From Eledone cirrhosa (taxonomy: Eukaryota): DNA of 64,000 nt. The DNA lies in the NCBI GenBank assembly GCA_964016885.1, contig OZ024746.1:100068001-100132000 (forward strand), written 5' to 3'. Shown in pieces: positions 11,864 to 25,268 of the stretch. The notes below the pieces were generated by a model. It searched no databases and had not been told where the DNA came from. It worked only from the letters and a program-made list of their open reading frames with translations. The translations under genes and the position numbers were made by a program. Position 1 is the stretch's first letter. Each line of letters begins with the position of its first letter.

Positions 11864-12384
11864 CAGAGGGTCTCAAAGTGGGCGCTACCGCCACCGAGGA
11901 GGCGATGAGATGGTTCAGGGGTCACTGGGGCCTAAGAGGGAGGTAGAGATAATATAATAGTATATTAAATATCAAATGATACATATTATATATAAATATA
12001 GTAAAATAAAAAAACTATATAATATTATGGATTTGCAGTATCGGTAGAGGGTCTGACACCATGCTTTGCAATATAGAGTTACGGCCCTTTATCGTCTGAG
12101 TTCAAATCCCGCCGAGGTTAACTTTGCCTTTCATCCTTACGAGGTCGATAAAATAAAGTACCAGTAATGCACTGGGTAATTGCTGGCCTTGTGCCTAAAG
12201 TAGAAACAATTATATATATTATTTATTTATACATAGTATATATTATATTATATATAAATTTAACGATTTTATTTATTACATATTTACAGTTTGCATGTAG
12301 GCAGGTCTCTCTGGAAATAGGGTTGGGTGCTGAGGTTATTACGAAGCCATGAGGGGGAGGGGGCAAAAAGTTTGAGAACCTCTG
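11864..12384 (+). mobile_element. hAT (Charlie-like) MITE with a nested SINE
   Basis: TIRs CAGAGGGTCTCAAA / TTTGAGAACCTCTG; near-perfect 8-bp TSD TTATAAAG/TTATAAAA; SINE at ~12028-12210. A SINE-free copy lies at 29035-29356. Confidence 0.75.
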
Positions 12385-13259
12385 TTATAAAAAGATACGG
12401 TTTTAAATATACATCCATTGTTTATTATATATTCCTGTTATACGTATTTCGAAGACGTCAAAGTAATTGCATGATAATCCTTTGACGTGTTCTTATCATA
12501 TATGTGGAAAGTGTTTTTGTTTTTGATATGCTACTGGAGTTATTAGGATGTGATAGCATTCTTATGATTTGGATGGCTATTAAAGTAGGCAGATAGGATA
12601 CGAGAGACCCTATTCTTGCTGACATTCTTGGGATGGTAAGAAGTTTAGGGTATCAAATATATATATAATAATGTTTTTTTATATAGACACAAGGCCACCA
12701 ATTTTTTTTTTGGGGGGGGGGCAGAAAGTCGATTCAATCGACCGCAGTACGTGACTTTATCGACCTCGTTAGGATGAAAGGCAAAGTTAATCTCGGCGGG
12801 ATTTCAACTCAGATCATAAAGGGCCGTAACTCTATTCGTCAAACATGGCGTCCGACTCTCTACCGATACTCCCCCGCCCTTAAATATATATATAATAATG
12901 GATATAAATCAAAGTTGTAGCCACAATATAGACGATACTAATCAAATTGTTTGAGGCAGTCACAAAGCACTCAATGTGAAAAGTTAATACGTTTTCAGCC
13001 AGAGTAAATACAAAAAGTTAATAAAATGTTAAACCAAGAAAAATGTGACCAACTGGATGTTACCATAGTAATACCACAACATTGTTATAGACAAACTGGT
13101 GGAATACTGTGTTGTTTGCTTTGTTATTTCTGTTTACTGGAAGAAATCTACTGTACAGAGAACTGGAGAAGAGATGGGCTCTACCAGGTTTTAAAATGCC
13201 CTAGAAACGTCGTATGTCAATATGGCGACCCTATAACTCCATTGGGAGTTACAGGATCA

Positions 13260-13461
13260 TGCATATATATATATGTATGTATATATATATATATATATAT
13301 ATACATACATAAACATATATATATATATATATATATATACATACATAAATATATATATATATATATATACATACATAAATATATATATATATATAAACAT
13401 ATATATATATATATATATATATACATACATAAATATATATATATATATATACATAAACAAA

Positions 13462-13507
<46 letters not shown>

Positions 13508-13560
13508 GTTTATATATATATATATATGTTTATGTATATATATATATATATATATATGTT

Positions 13561-13608
<48 letters not shown>

Positions 13609-13649
13609 TATGTATATATATACATATATATATATATATAAACATATAC

Positions 13650-13713
<64 letters not shown>

Positions 13714-13824
13714 GTTTATATATATATATATATATATGTTTATGTATATATATATATATATGTTTATGTATATATATATATATATATATATAAACATATA
13801 TATATATATATATATATATACATA

Positions 13825-13859
<35 letters not shown>

Positions 13860-13883
13860 ATATACATATATATATATATAAAC

Positions 13884-13952
<69 letters not shown>

Positions 13953-13975
13953 CATAAACATATACATATATATAA
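13260..13975. repeat. Compound (TA)n microsatellite field
   Basis: (TA)n punctuated by CATACATAAA(C/T) and its reverse complement GTTTATGTA. Confidence 0.95.
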
Positions 13976-13976
13976 A

Positions 13977-14093
13977 AAATGGAATAGAATGAAATGAAAT
14001 TTCATTTCTCACTCTTAGTGCGGCACTTACTTAAAGCGAGCATTATAATAAATGTTCGCTAAACTGATACGTACATATATATATGTGTGCCTG

Positions 14094-14160
<67 letters not shown>

Positions 14161-14598
14161 ATATACATGCTACTGTACGTCTGTATGCATATATGTATGT
14201 ACGTATACATACATACTTACATTTAAGTAAGTGCCATACTAAGAGTGAGAAATGAAATTTCATTTCATTCTATTCCATTTTATCGTTTTCGGTGCGCCTG
14301 GCCGACTGAACTCACTCGATATGCAAATTAGGCTGCTCAGCCGTTAATTTTCATAAGGAAAGTATATACTTTCGAACGTTCAACCATCTGGCAGAAGGGT
14401 ATACGGTGCTGACGATAGCTAACAAGCTTGAAACTAGTACATCGTTCCTGTGTCAGTGTTGAACAAAAAGGTGACGTGGTTGCCTTAACACCGTACGGTA
14501 TAAATCAGGCTGTCCATTTGTTTACAAACGGACAAAGCAAGCATTATAATAAATGTTCGCTAAACTGATACGTACATATATATATGTGTGCCTGTATG

Positions 14599-14612
<14 letters not shown>
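13977..14612 (+). mobile_element. Small non-coding hammerhead-bearing repeat (retrozyme-like / non-autonomous PLE)
   Basis: Direct repeat GCATTATAATAAATGTTCG at 14040 and 14541; inverted segment 13977-14035 vs 14222-14279; central hammerhead. Relatives at 23600-24112, 32285-32800 and 57617-58220. Confidence 0.7.
14403..14445 (+). ncRNA. Type I hammerhead ribozyme (minimal)
   Basis: ACGGTG-CTGACGA-T AGCT AACA AGCT T-GAAA-CTAG-TA-CATCGT: stem I, CUGANGA, stem II, GAAA, palindromic stem III, GUA cleavage triplet. Confidence 0.8.
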
Positions 14613-14638
<26 letters not shown>

Positions 14639-15132
14639 AAATTGAGGTTGGTAATGGCACATGGAATATATAAGAGACAGAATACTTTTTTGTGAAAAAA
14701 CATAATTTTATAAGGTAAGGAAATAATAAAGGGTATAAAAAATGACCGGTTTCGATGGGTCTGCAAAAGCCATCTTTTCAAATGTTGATTAATATTAAGA
14801 AAAATTAATAATACGAAGAGTTAAAATTTGAGATTTGAAAATTCGAGTATAAAATTCATTGTGGGATTTCATAGCAGTTTTCATCTAGGTAGCAACAACA
14901 GGTTGACTGCTGTGTCCCTTTCTGGTAGTGAATGAGAAGTTATTTGGGGTGTGGATTATTTTATAAAGGTCAGATTTAGCAATCGCCAACTGGCCAGCTG
15001 CTGGTCAATGAGGGGGTGGAAGCAATATACATACACATATCTTCCTGTGGTGGGTAGGAGAGTGGAGCGTGATAGAAAGGGATTTAGTGCACTTACACCT
15101 ATATATACACACATACCTTCATCCACACATAC

Positions 15133-15197
<65 letters not shown>

Positions 15198-15272
15198 CAC
15201 ACATACATACACACACACATATACATATACATACACACATACACACACACACATATATACACATACACCCAC

Positions 15273-15303
<31 letters not shown>

Positions 15304-15344
15304 TATATATATACATACACATACATCCAGATACACACATACAT

Positions 15345-15442
<98 letters not shown>

Positions 15443-15452
15443 CCCCACACAT

Positions 15453-15484
<32 letters not shown>

Positions 15485-16052
15485 GAAGAAGACTTTAGAA
15501 GGACGCACCAAACAGGTAACCCCTTTATAAAGCATTTGAACATAACAAGAACTACAACAGACACATTTACACCACCAAACCCAACACACACTAACCACAG
15601 GCACATCCCCCACCAACACAAACCAAATACGGCCAACTACACCAAAAGAAACACACCCAACCACCACAACACAGGTTTCCGTAGAAATGCCCCCTACATA
15701 AACCAACGACGAAATAACATAGATCCAACTCACAACACACACACCACATTCCTCAGAAGAAATCCACCCAGACCACTTGAAATCACAACAGAACTTACCC
15801 ACAACCACACCAGACATCACCCTCAATCCAACAAAAGACAACCCCCCAACCTCAACACTCTGTACCACAGAAATAACGCACCCAGACCACATGAACCAAC
15901 AACAGAACCCTTGCTCATCAACAACCACAACACATACCACCCCCACCATCACATTCACCCTCATGAAACAACAAGCTACAGACCCACACGCAACAGACCA
16001 ACAAAATATAATCACGCACAAAACTACATTCCTTTTTTAGGGAAAAGCCTGA

Positions 16053-18353
16053 AATACCAGGATACTCGATGACCCCCCCCCCCCCCCTCAGGAGAAACCA
16101 AAAATAATCAACCTCTCAAAGACACCTCTAACCAACACACAAATCAACATTTTAAGTAAGGGCCTGAAATTTACACCTACACCACGTAAACCAAACTTCC
16201 CCGAAATGAAGGATGACATCATGGAATACTGCCGAAAGCTGCGACTAACGGAATTCTTCCACAACGACACCAACACTGAAGACGAATCACTGGTTAGAAA
16301 TAAAAGCAATTTCTGCCCACAAAAGGGAAGAAATAAAGAACTGGACACGTACTGCGAACACATCACCAACTTTCCCTATGAAAAAATTACAAATAAACAC
16401 ACGAAATCAAACCTATCTACACACGAATGGGAAGAATTATTCACACTTAGAAACAACCCTGAGATAACTATCAAAGAAGCCGATAAATGCAGTACTGTTG
16501 TCATTATGAATACGGACTACTATAGGACCCTCGCACTTAACATTTTAGAAAACAACACATACTATGAAAAAACAGAAAACTACAAACACACCAAAACAAT
16601 GGGGAACCTTTTGACCTTACTGAATAAATACCGCAACAGCTTAACCACAAAAGAGTTTAACTATATAAGCCACTTCAAATGCAATACAAGCTCTTTTTAC
16701 GGCTTACCGAAACTCCACAAATGTAAACCCATAAACGATGCATGTGACACCTCAACCAACAATTACATTGAACTAACACCACCAGAAGACCTAAAACTCA
16801 GGCCAATTATAGCAGGCCCTACATGTGAAACCCACAGACTTAGCAACTTTCTGGACATCCTACTGAAACCCTTTCTACAACATATACAGAGCTACATACG
16901 AGATGACCTTGACATGCTGAAACACCTCCCTAAAACAGTAAGTGCAAATACAATTCTTGTCTCCTTTGACGTAATAAACCTCTACACAAACATACCTCAC
17001 AACTATGGAATAACAGCAGTCCAATACTGGCTTAACACACACCCATCAGAAATACCGACACGCATCAACACAGATTTTATCACTGACGGACTCCGCTTTA
17101 TCCTACAAAATAACTACTTCACATTCAATGGTTCAACATACAGACAAGTATCAGGTACGGCAATGGGTACGAAAGTAGCACCCACATATGCCAACCTAGT
17201 CATGGGATTCCATGAACAACAAATATACAGTCAGTCCCTTCTCTTATTTGGAGACTCTTTCCACACACACCTCAAAGCCAATTGGAAAAGATATGTAGAC
17301 GACTGCTTTATCCTATGGCAAGAAGACATGAACTCACTTACTACGTTTAAAAACATGATAAACAACATAGATAATAACATACAATTCACAATGGAATCCA
17401 ATCCTAAGGAATTAGCCTTCTTGGATATTCTCATCTCTGTAATAGACGGGAAATTAGATACAGATATATTCTATAAACCCACAGATTCCAAGCAATACCT
17501 CTTTTTCACATCAAGTCACCCAAAACATACAAAACTTAACATTCCTTACAATTTGGCCAAACGTATATGTACCATAGTATCAGATCCACCTAAACGGGAG
17601 CAAAGACTAAAGGAACTAAAAGACACCCTTATCTTAAGAGCCTTTCCACTTGAAATAATCAACAATGGAATAGACAGGGCAAAACACCTAAATCCCCATC
17701 AACTTAACAATCCAAAACAGAAAACCACACTCAACACCCTGCCATATGTATCCACTTTCAACCCCAGAAATACCGAAATGTTTGATCACCTACACAAAAA
17801 CCTCCCCATCCTACTTAAAGATGTAAAAATGAAGTCTATTCTTGAAACACACAAGATCCTTAAAAGTAAAAGACAACCCAAATCACTTAAACGCATTCTC
17901 ACTGGACCAAATATACCCAAACCAATCCTCAACCCTACAGTTACCAAATGTGGTAGAACAAACTGTGGAACGTGCCTCTACCTCACTGAAGGACAAACAT
18001 TTACATTCAAAGATGGCCAAACATTTACAGTAAAAAACAATTTCACCTGCAACTCGGAGAACTTGATTTACGCAATAACTTGCGGTGGGTGCAAACACAA
18101 CTACATAGGACAGACGGGCACCTCATTACGCAAAAGAATGACCATCCACCGCCAACAAATCCGGGACGCTAACACAAGAAAAATCCCCTTGAGCAGCCAT
18201 ATTGCGAACTGCGCAGGAATGACACTACCCAACTTTAAAATCTTCCCCTTCTACAAGTGCTCAGATTCGTTCACACAGCAACAAAGAATAAACAAAGAAA
18301 ATCTATTCCTTAACAAATTTAAACCAAAACTAAACGGGTTATCACCCCAATAG
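16053..18353 (+). CDS. PLE reverse transcriptase + GIY-YIG endonuclease (open frame from 16053, first ATG 16206)
   Basis: N-terminal IINLS...[12 protein letters not shown]; RT motifs [38 protein letters not shown] and RYVDD; Cys linker CGRTNCGTC; [18 protein letters not shown]...RMTIHR. No internal stops; the usual DKG motif reads DKC. Confidence 0.93.
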   Translation, partial: NTRILDDPPPPPQEKPKIINLSKTPLTNTQINILSKGLKFTPTPRKPNFPEMKDDIMEYCRKLRLTEFFHNDTNTEDESLVRNKSNFCPQKGRNKELDTYCEHITNFPYEKITNKHTKSNLSTHEWEELFTLRNNPEITIKEADKCSTVVIMNTDYYRTLALNILENNTYYEKTENYKHTKTMGNLLTLLNKYRNSLTTKEFNYISHFKCNTSSFYGLPKLHKCKPINDACDTSTNNYIELTPPEDLKLRPIIAGPTCETHRLSNFLDILLKPFLQHIQSYIRDDLDMLKHLPKTVSANTILVSFDVINLYTNIPHNYGITAVQYWLNTHPSEIPTRINTDFITDGLRFILQNNYFTFNGSTYRQVSGTAMGTKVAPTYANLVMGFHEQQIYSQSLLLFGDSFHTHLKANWKRYVDDCFILWQEDMNSLTTFKNMINNIDNNIQFTMESNPKELAFLDILISVIDGKLDTDIFYKPTDSKQYLFFTSSHPKHTKLNIPYNLAKRICTIVSDPPKREQRLKELKDTLILRAFPLEIINNGIDRAKHLNPHQLNNPKQKTTLNTLPYVSTFNPRNTEMFDHLHKNLPILLKDVKMKSILETHKILKSKRQPKSLKRILTGPNIPKPILNPTVTKCGRTNCGTCLYLTEGQTFTFKDGQTFTVKNNFTCNSENLIYAITCGGCKHNYIGQTGTSLRKRMTIHRQQIRDANTRKIPLSSHIANCAGMTLPNFKIFPFYKCSDSFTQQQRINKENLFLNKFKPKLNGLSPQ

Positions 18354-18933
18354 AATTGTCATAAAATATAAACACACATACGCACGGAATCACTACTATT
18401 AAAGACCAGAGACCAATTCTGTAGAATCAGGTTTATTCGTTGACAGACCATGCCTTTGTGTGACCAACACATCCATGTTAAACCCTGCACGTGCACACAC
18501 ATATATCTATATATGCGCACACAGAATTCACCACTGTCGGTTGCGGGGCCCAATCTACATGAAGAACTCAATGTGATCAGAATGACTTGTATTTTAATTT
18601 CACTGTCCCAACTTCTTATATTATGGAAAAAATATGTGTCTGTATGTATATATATATATTTGGAGGCCATTTCTCTGTGTGTGGGTGTATGTATGTGTAT
18701 ATGTGTGTGTGTGTGTATGTGTGTGCATGTGGATGTATGTATTGTGTGTGCGCGTGTGTGTGTGTGTGTGTGTATGTATGTGTGTATCTGGATGTATGCG
18801 TATGTGTATATATATATATATATGCGTGTGTGTGTGTGTATATATATGTGTGTGTATGTGTATATATATGTGTGTGTGTATGTTTGTATGTGTGTATGTA
18901 TATATATGTGTGTGTGTGTGTATGTATGTGTGG

Positions 18934-18989
<56 letters not shown>

Positions 18990-19066
18990 ATATATATATG
19001 TGTGTGTGTGTGTGTATGTATGTGTGTATGTATGTGTGTATCTGGATGTATGTGTATGTATATATA

Positions 19067-19118
<52 letters not shown>

Positions 19119-19524
19119 GGTGTATGTGTATATATGTGTGTGTGTGTATGTGTGTATGTATATGTATATGTATATGTATGTATGTGTGGATGAAGGTATG
19201 TGTGTATATATAGGTGTAAGTGCACTAAATCCCTTTCTATCACGCTCCACTCTCCTACCCACCACAGGAAGATATGTGTATGTATATTGCTTCCACCCCT
19301 CACTGACCAGCAGCTGGCCAGTTGGCGATTGCTAAATCTGACCTTTATAAAATAACCCACACCCCAAATAACTTCTCATTCACTACCAGAAAGGGACACA
19401 GCAGTCAACCTGTTGTTGCTACCTAGATGAAAACTGCTATGAAATCCCACAATGAATTTTATACTCGAATTTTCAAATCTCAAATTTTAACTCTTCGTAT
19501 TATTAATTTTTCTTAATATTAATC

Positions 19525-19572
19525 AACATTTGAAAAGATGGCTTTTGCAGACCCATCGAAACCGGTCATTTT
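19525..19572 (+). ncRNA. Variant hammerhead-like motif in the PLE pseudo-LTR (mirror copy at 14739-14786, minus)
   Basis: AACAT-TTGAAAA-GATGG...CCATC-GAAA-CCGG-TC-ATTTT. Stems II/III and GUC are canonical, but the CUGANGA box reads UUGAAAA and stem I is weak. Confidence 0.5.
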
Positions 19573-19708
19573 TTATACCCTTTATTATTTCCTTACCTTA
19601 TAAAATTATGTTTTTTCACAAAAAAGTATTCTGTCTCTTATATATTCCATGTGCCATTACCAACCTCAATTTTCTCTATAACCTTCGTTTTGTGTAGAAA
19701 ATTACACT

Positions 19709-19804
<96 letters not shown>

Positions 19805-19901
19805 GCTACTGTATGTCTGTATGCATATATGTATGTACGTATACATACATACTTACATATATATATATATATGTTTATGTATGTATATATATAATTAGAA
19901 A

Positions 19902-19973
19902 TATTTCATCTGATGAGCGAACTAGATATATGCTAACATTGTCTAGGGTCCTGAAACCTTTGGTAATGGAGTA
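19902..19973 (+). ncRNA. Type I hammerhead ribozyme
   Basis: TATTTCAT-CTGATGA-(stem II with CTAGA/TCTAG)-GAAA-CC TTT GG-TA-ATGGAGTA; 8-bp stem I with two G.U pairs. Confidence 0.7.
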
Positions 19974-20189
19974 GTTATATATTGTGTTGTTATACGTATT
20001 TTTAGAAGAATTGTTGGGAAGTCATCTGGCTCTGTTACTAAATTTGTATTCAGTTTGTCTATAGCGACAATTGAAATGTTTGTTTCTACATCTACATAAT
20101 TGGTGACGCGTACAGCGAAGGCCAGTTGACTACGACCACGTCTGCTATGGGTCTTCTTTATTTTTCGAAGCGAAATAACGAAAACTGAA

Positions 20190-20614
20190 AGAATACAAGC
20201 GACTGAAATAGGGTTCTTCCGAAGGGTCTTTGGAATAGAGTTACTCGATAGCGGGTGTAGCTTGGAGATCAGAGATTCACACCAGGTAGAGCTGCTACTT
20301 CTGTGAATTGAGTTACCACAACTCCGATACTATGGGCATGTGGTTAGTATGTCTCAGGACAGAATCGTTGAACAGATTTTACGGGCAAAACCAACCGACA
20401 GGAGACCGAGGGGTAGACCCCGAGCACGATGGTTGGATAACATCCATGAGCTTGGCTGGTCTTTCTTTGGGATCAGTTGGAGACGGTTACATCTGACAGG
20501 ACTTGCTGGAGAGAAGAAGAAGAAGAAGAAGAAGAAGAAGAAGAAGAAGAAGAAGATAAAGAAGAAGAAGAAGAAGAAGAAGAAGAAGAAGAAGAAGAAG
20601 AAGAAGAAGAAGAA
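20190..20614 (+). mobile_element. RTE-clade LINE 3' fragment with (AAG)n tail
   Basis: IQATEIGFFRR...QLRYYGHVVSMSQDR...RPRGRPRARWLD followed by (AAG)n; homologous to 30010-30663. Confidence 0.75.
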
Positions 20615-22169
20615 ATTGATATCTAATAATTTACATATATTAATAAATAAAACAGTAAACATATTTGCCGCTCAACAGTGTAGTGGAAATATCAAAAACC
20701 ATAGATAGTGTCGTAAGGAATTGTAACTTATCACATGATTTTGCAGGTGTGCTGTGTAGTGGGAAATGCAGGCTTGGTCATTTTCTTAGTGTGGTTAGTT
20801 GAAATTATTTCATTTGGGAGAACGGGGTGTCTATGGTAGGATAGACCTTGCATATAAATCCGATGTGTTGAAAACTACTCGGGACTCACCCATTTGCCTA
20901 TCAGCAGAGTTGTGTACATACGATTGTATATGTTTGTTGTTAGTAAACCACTTCTTTCAAAGGGTGATCATATTTTATTGGACACAGAAGCTGTCTTTTT
21001 AAACTATTGTAAACTTTGTTATGTTCCAAATTAAAAATTAGATATTTCCTTCTAAATTTTAAACATAAAAAGTGGATTGGTAGATGCGCATGGCTGAGTG
21101 GTTAGAGAATTGGATTCGCAATCGTGAGATTGTGATTTCGATTCCAGGAGCGGGCAATGCGTTATGTCCTTGAGCAAGACACTTTATTTCACGTTTCTCC
21201 TTCTGCCTGGATTTACGACCGACAGATAGTACTAGCAATTGGAAAGACTAATGGAAGCATTGTTTCCTCGGTCTAACTTGATGAGCTCCACTCTATTCGT
21301 TAAGCGAATGAGGTCTGGGATCTTGTAGATTGACTCTCGACACACCACAATTTAGACGTCAGATGAACTGAAAGACAAGTAGTTTACTCTAAAATGCAGA
21401 TTACTTATCTTACGACAGTTACCTCCTAATCGTTGTTGGCCCTTTTAACCCACACTATTAGCAACACTATGGTGGCTTCTATAGGGCCCAGAAAAGCTTC
21501 AGGTTCAGTACAAGAAATAAGGAGGGATTAGACTCATGGAATTCCATGATGCCAATATTTCACAAAGCAGCCAGCTACATGTTTAGTTATAAATCAGGGG
21601 ATTTTATCCTCACCAGATGTTGGGGAAGACTGATGGTTAAGCGAATCTTGTCGATCGAATGTCAAGGGAGTGGATTTCATTCAAAATAAAATTGTAATGG
21701 TTAACCCTTTTGATACAAAACCACCTAAAACCATTTTGTCTGTTCATTGTACAAACCATATACAAACTCTTTATCTACATTTTTCAATAAATGGCGTTGT
21801 TTTTCCCTTCTTCAATTTTTTTTATATTATCACTCTCATCACAATTACACCATCTTGGTTTTATGCTACAAAACACTCCATTTTAAAATATTGATATTAA
21901 AATCTTCTATCAATATTTTTTTTAAACATATTTTTGTTAAGTAATTTTCCCCCAAAAATGTACAAGAAATGTGAATATGTGTGTGTGTGAATGTGTGTGA
22001 GTGTATGTGTGTATGTATGTGTGTGAATGCATGTGTATATGTGTGTATACTTATGTGTATGTGTGTATGTGTGTATGTGAATCGGTGAGCGTGTGTGTGT
22101 GAGTGTGTGTATGTATGTACGTTTGTAAGTGATTGTGTGTGAGTGTGTGTGAATGTATGTGTGTATGTG

Positions 22170-23150
22170 CTGATCTCGCTGGCTTTGCCGGCGTATCTTT
22201 CGTCGGTAACCTCGTGCCGCGTCCTCGTCAGCAGGGTTCTTCAAAACACAATAGAACCCTCTGTGTTCAGAGAACGTGAAGCCGCCTGTGAGACGTGGGA
22301 CCGGCTGGGACTTAGCTCAGTAGACGTCCCTCCTCCTTCTCCTCCTGTTGACGTCAAATCCCCCCAAAGCACTTGGGATGCCATCCAGTGCAGCCTGGCC
22401 TCAGACAGGCTCACGCGCCAGCCTGACCAGCACCGTACTGCCTGCTTTCGTGCAGCCTCCAAACCCCACAGTGGTTCCTGGCTCCATGCCCTGCCCTCCT
22501 TCTTCACTGGCACGCATCTAAACAACAATAGCCTGCGCATTGGCGTTTCCTTGAGGCTCGGCTTCCGGATCTGCGAGCTACACCAATGTCGCTGCGGATC
22601 CACCGTGGACTCTTTCGGCCTCCACCCTCTTTCCTGTCGCCACAGTGCCGGCCGCCTTCCACGCCATGCTGCCCTCAACGAGGTCATAAAGCATGGCTTG
22701 GACGCTGCGGGCTTCCCTTCCCAGCTCGAGCCGGTGGGGCTGCACCGAGGGAACGGCAAAAGGCCAGATGGCATGACCATCTTCCCGTTCCGCTGTGGCA
22801 AACCCCTCGTCTGATATGCTACTTGCACCGACACTTTCTGCAGCTGCAGCCTGGTGCAGTCTGCGACTAACCCAGGTTCTGCTGCACGTCGGGCTGAGGA
22901 GGCCAAACTCCTCAAATACCGGTCACTCTTCGACACGTTTGCGGTTGTACCCCTGGCAGTGGAGACTTCTGGTGTCCTCGACCCTAGGGCTACCTCTCTA
23001 CTCACCACCATAGGCGCAGAGCTGGCCAGCCGCAGGTGTGAACCCCGCGATTTGGGGTGGCTTTTCCAGCGCGTCCCCCTTGCCGTCCCCCGGGGGAACG
23101 CCTTGTACATCCTGTCCGCCGGGGCCTGTGGGGGGGGGGGGGGGGGGGGC
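22170..23150 (+). mobile_element. CRE-clade non-LTR retrotransposon 3' fragment (copy 1, pseudogenised)
   Basis: SGSWLHALP...LRLG...CRCG...GLHPLSC...RH...EPVGL...KRPDG (CCHC + PD-D restriction-like endonuclease). An in-frame TGA at 22812-22814 replaces the Trp of VWD; the frame continues in ORF 22854-23159. Confidence 0.8.
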
Positions 23151-23462
23151 ATCGCGTAACATTCCATATTTAAGTATGTGCACTATCATCGACACAGGTT
23201 GTGGTGTTGAAATAATCGACAGGTTGAAACAGCCAATGAATATTCTCTGAACATATATCTTTGTATATTAAATTTAGGACATATCCTGTTGAATATGACA
23301 GCTCTCTATAGCATGTATGTAAAGAAAGAAAAGTAAGTTTCATTTGCCGAAATACACTTGAATATCATAGCTTTTCATTTGATGTCTGACTCAGTAATGT
23401 TACTAGTACAATATATATATATATATATATATAGTTATGTAATAAACAACATAAGGCAATTA

Positions 23463-23522
23463 TTTCATTTACCAGTGGTTTCTTGAAAGCAAACAAATTT
23501 GCTTTCAATCATCAGAATGAAA
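23463..23522 (-). ncRNA. Type I hammerhead ribozyme
   Basis: Minus strand TTTCATT-CTGATGA-TTGAAAGCAAA TTTG TTTGCTTTCAA-GAAA-CCACTGG-TA-AATGAAA: 7-bp stem I, 11-bp stem II. Confidence 0.85.
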
Positions 23523-24132
23523 AAATCGACGGCTATTTCTGGACTAAATTAGAATTTTTTTTCTAAAGTTTTAATTTAGTCCAGAAAAAATAGCCGTCGA
23601 AACGGCTTGAGCTCTGCCGTGATTCGGGCTGTTTGTTTGTTTACAAACAAACCGAGCATTATAATAAATGTTCGGTAAACCGATACGTGTATATATATAT
23701 GTGTGCATGTATGTATATACATACTACTGTACGTCTGTATACATATATGTATGTACGTATACATACATGCATACTTACATTTAAGTAACTGCCGTACTAA
23801 GAGTGAGAAATGAAATTTCGTTTCGTTCTATTCCATTTGTCGTTTTCGGTGCGCCCGGCCGACTAAACTCACTCGATATGCAAATTAGGCTGCTCAGCCG
23901 TTAATATACATAAGGAAAGTATATACTTTCAGACGTTCAACCATCTGGCAGGATTCGGGCTGTTTGTTTGTTTACAAACAAACCGAGCATTATAATAAAT
24001 GTTCGGTAAACCGATACGTGCATATATATATATGTGTGCATGTATGTATATATATACATACTACTGTACGTCTGTATACATATATGTATGTACGTATACA
24101 TACATACTTACATTTATATATATATATATATA

Positions 24133-24184
<52 letters not shown>

Positions 24185-24847
24185 TATATATATATATTCA
24201 TATATATATATATTCCTACGTCATTATATGTATATGTCTGTGTGTGTTTTTGTGTATGTATGTACGTAATTATGTATGTATATATATATGTATGTATTTA
24301 ATAACTTTAAGAGGTTTCGGTGAATAAATCATGCTTCCGACACGATGGCCCACCCCACTAAAAGGTTATTATTTGTAGAGATATCCAGGTATAAAGTCTT
24401 AAAAGAAATTCTTAAAGGAATTTATTCAGGGTTCTTCTTATTTTTATAGATTCTTTTTATATTTTGATGAGCTTTTGCATGATATAAAACAGAGCAAGGT
24501 TGAGGTTAAATAGTTGGGCGGGGGGGGGGGGTAATTTATTATGTAATGCGTGTAAGTACTTGCAATTATTAGATGCAGAATTTTTGGAATGTTTTACATA
24601 TTTTTGCTGTTCCATTAATAGATTATACAAGTAATTTCCTAAATTGTTGTGTTCTTTCTGTTCCTGTGAAGCCTAGCTTCTCGAGATTTGTACTGAGGCA
24701 GTTACTAACATATCTCAGTGTCCCAATAATGTTTGTATGTATTCCGTTTATTACGGGAATAAACTATCGCTGCACTGTATGTAAACGAAGAAATGTAGGT
24801 GTGGTGTGTGTTTGTGAGTGTATATATATACATATATACACTCACAA

Positions 24848-24887
<40 letters not shown>

Positions 24888-24980
24888 GTGTGTGTATATA
24901 TATATATATATATATGTTATATGTGTGTATATACGTATATATATATATATGTGTGTGTATATATATAGATATAGATATAC

Positions 24981-25082
<102 letters not shown>

Positions 25083-25228
25083 TCAAATATATATATATAT
25101 ATTAATATATATATATATTTAATCTGTTATTTTAATAAATATTTGCTCTACGGTTATTATATATCTGATATATATTTATCCTTATCGAGCCCTCTTTGGA
25201 TTTTAGTCTTCAAATTTATTATTATTAT

Positions 25229-25264
<36 letters not shown>

Positions 25265-25268
<4 letters not shown>

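Larger units (their letters stand above)
14634..19712 (+). mobile_element. Penelope-like retroelement with ~850-bp inverted terminal repeats (pseudo-LTRs)
   Basis: 14634-~15484 is the reverse complement of ~18880-19677 (e.g. AGAGAAAATTGAGGTTGG / CCAACCTCAATTTTCTCT). It encloses an RT + GIY-YIG ORF and is inserted in a (TA)n tract. Confidence 0.92.

Noticed and set aside
13026-15636. Long YI/HT/CV-rich ORFs here and at many other microsatellites
   Set aside because: Translations of (TA)n, (CA)n and (TATG)n tracts that lack stop codons.
22812-22814. In-frame TGA in the CRE ORF as selenocysteine or readthrough
   Set aside because: It replaces the Trp of a VWD motif and the next codon is also altered (Asp to Tyr); the two copies share it only through duplication.
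22241-23167. 308-aa minus-strand ORF (and 30930-31799)
   Set aside because: Antisense to the GC-rich CRE retrotransposon ORF, with no recognisable motifs.
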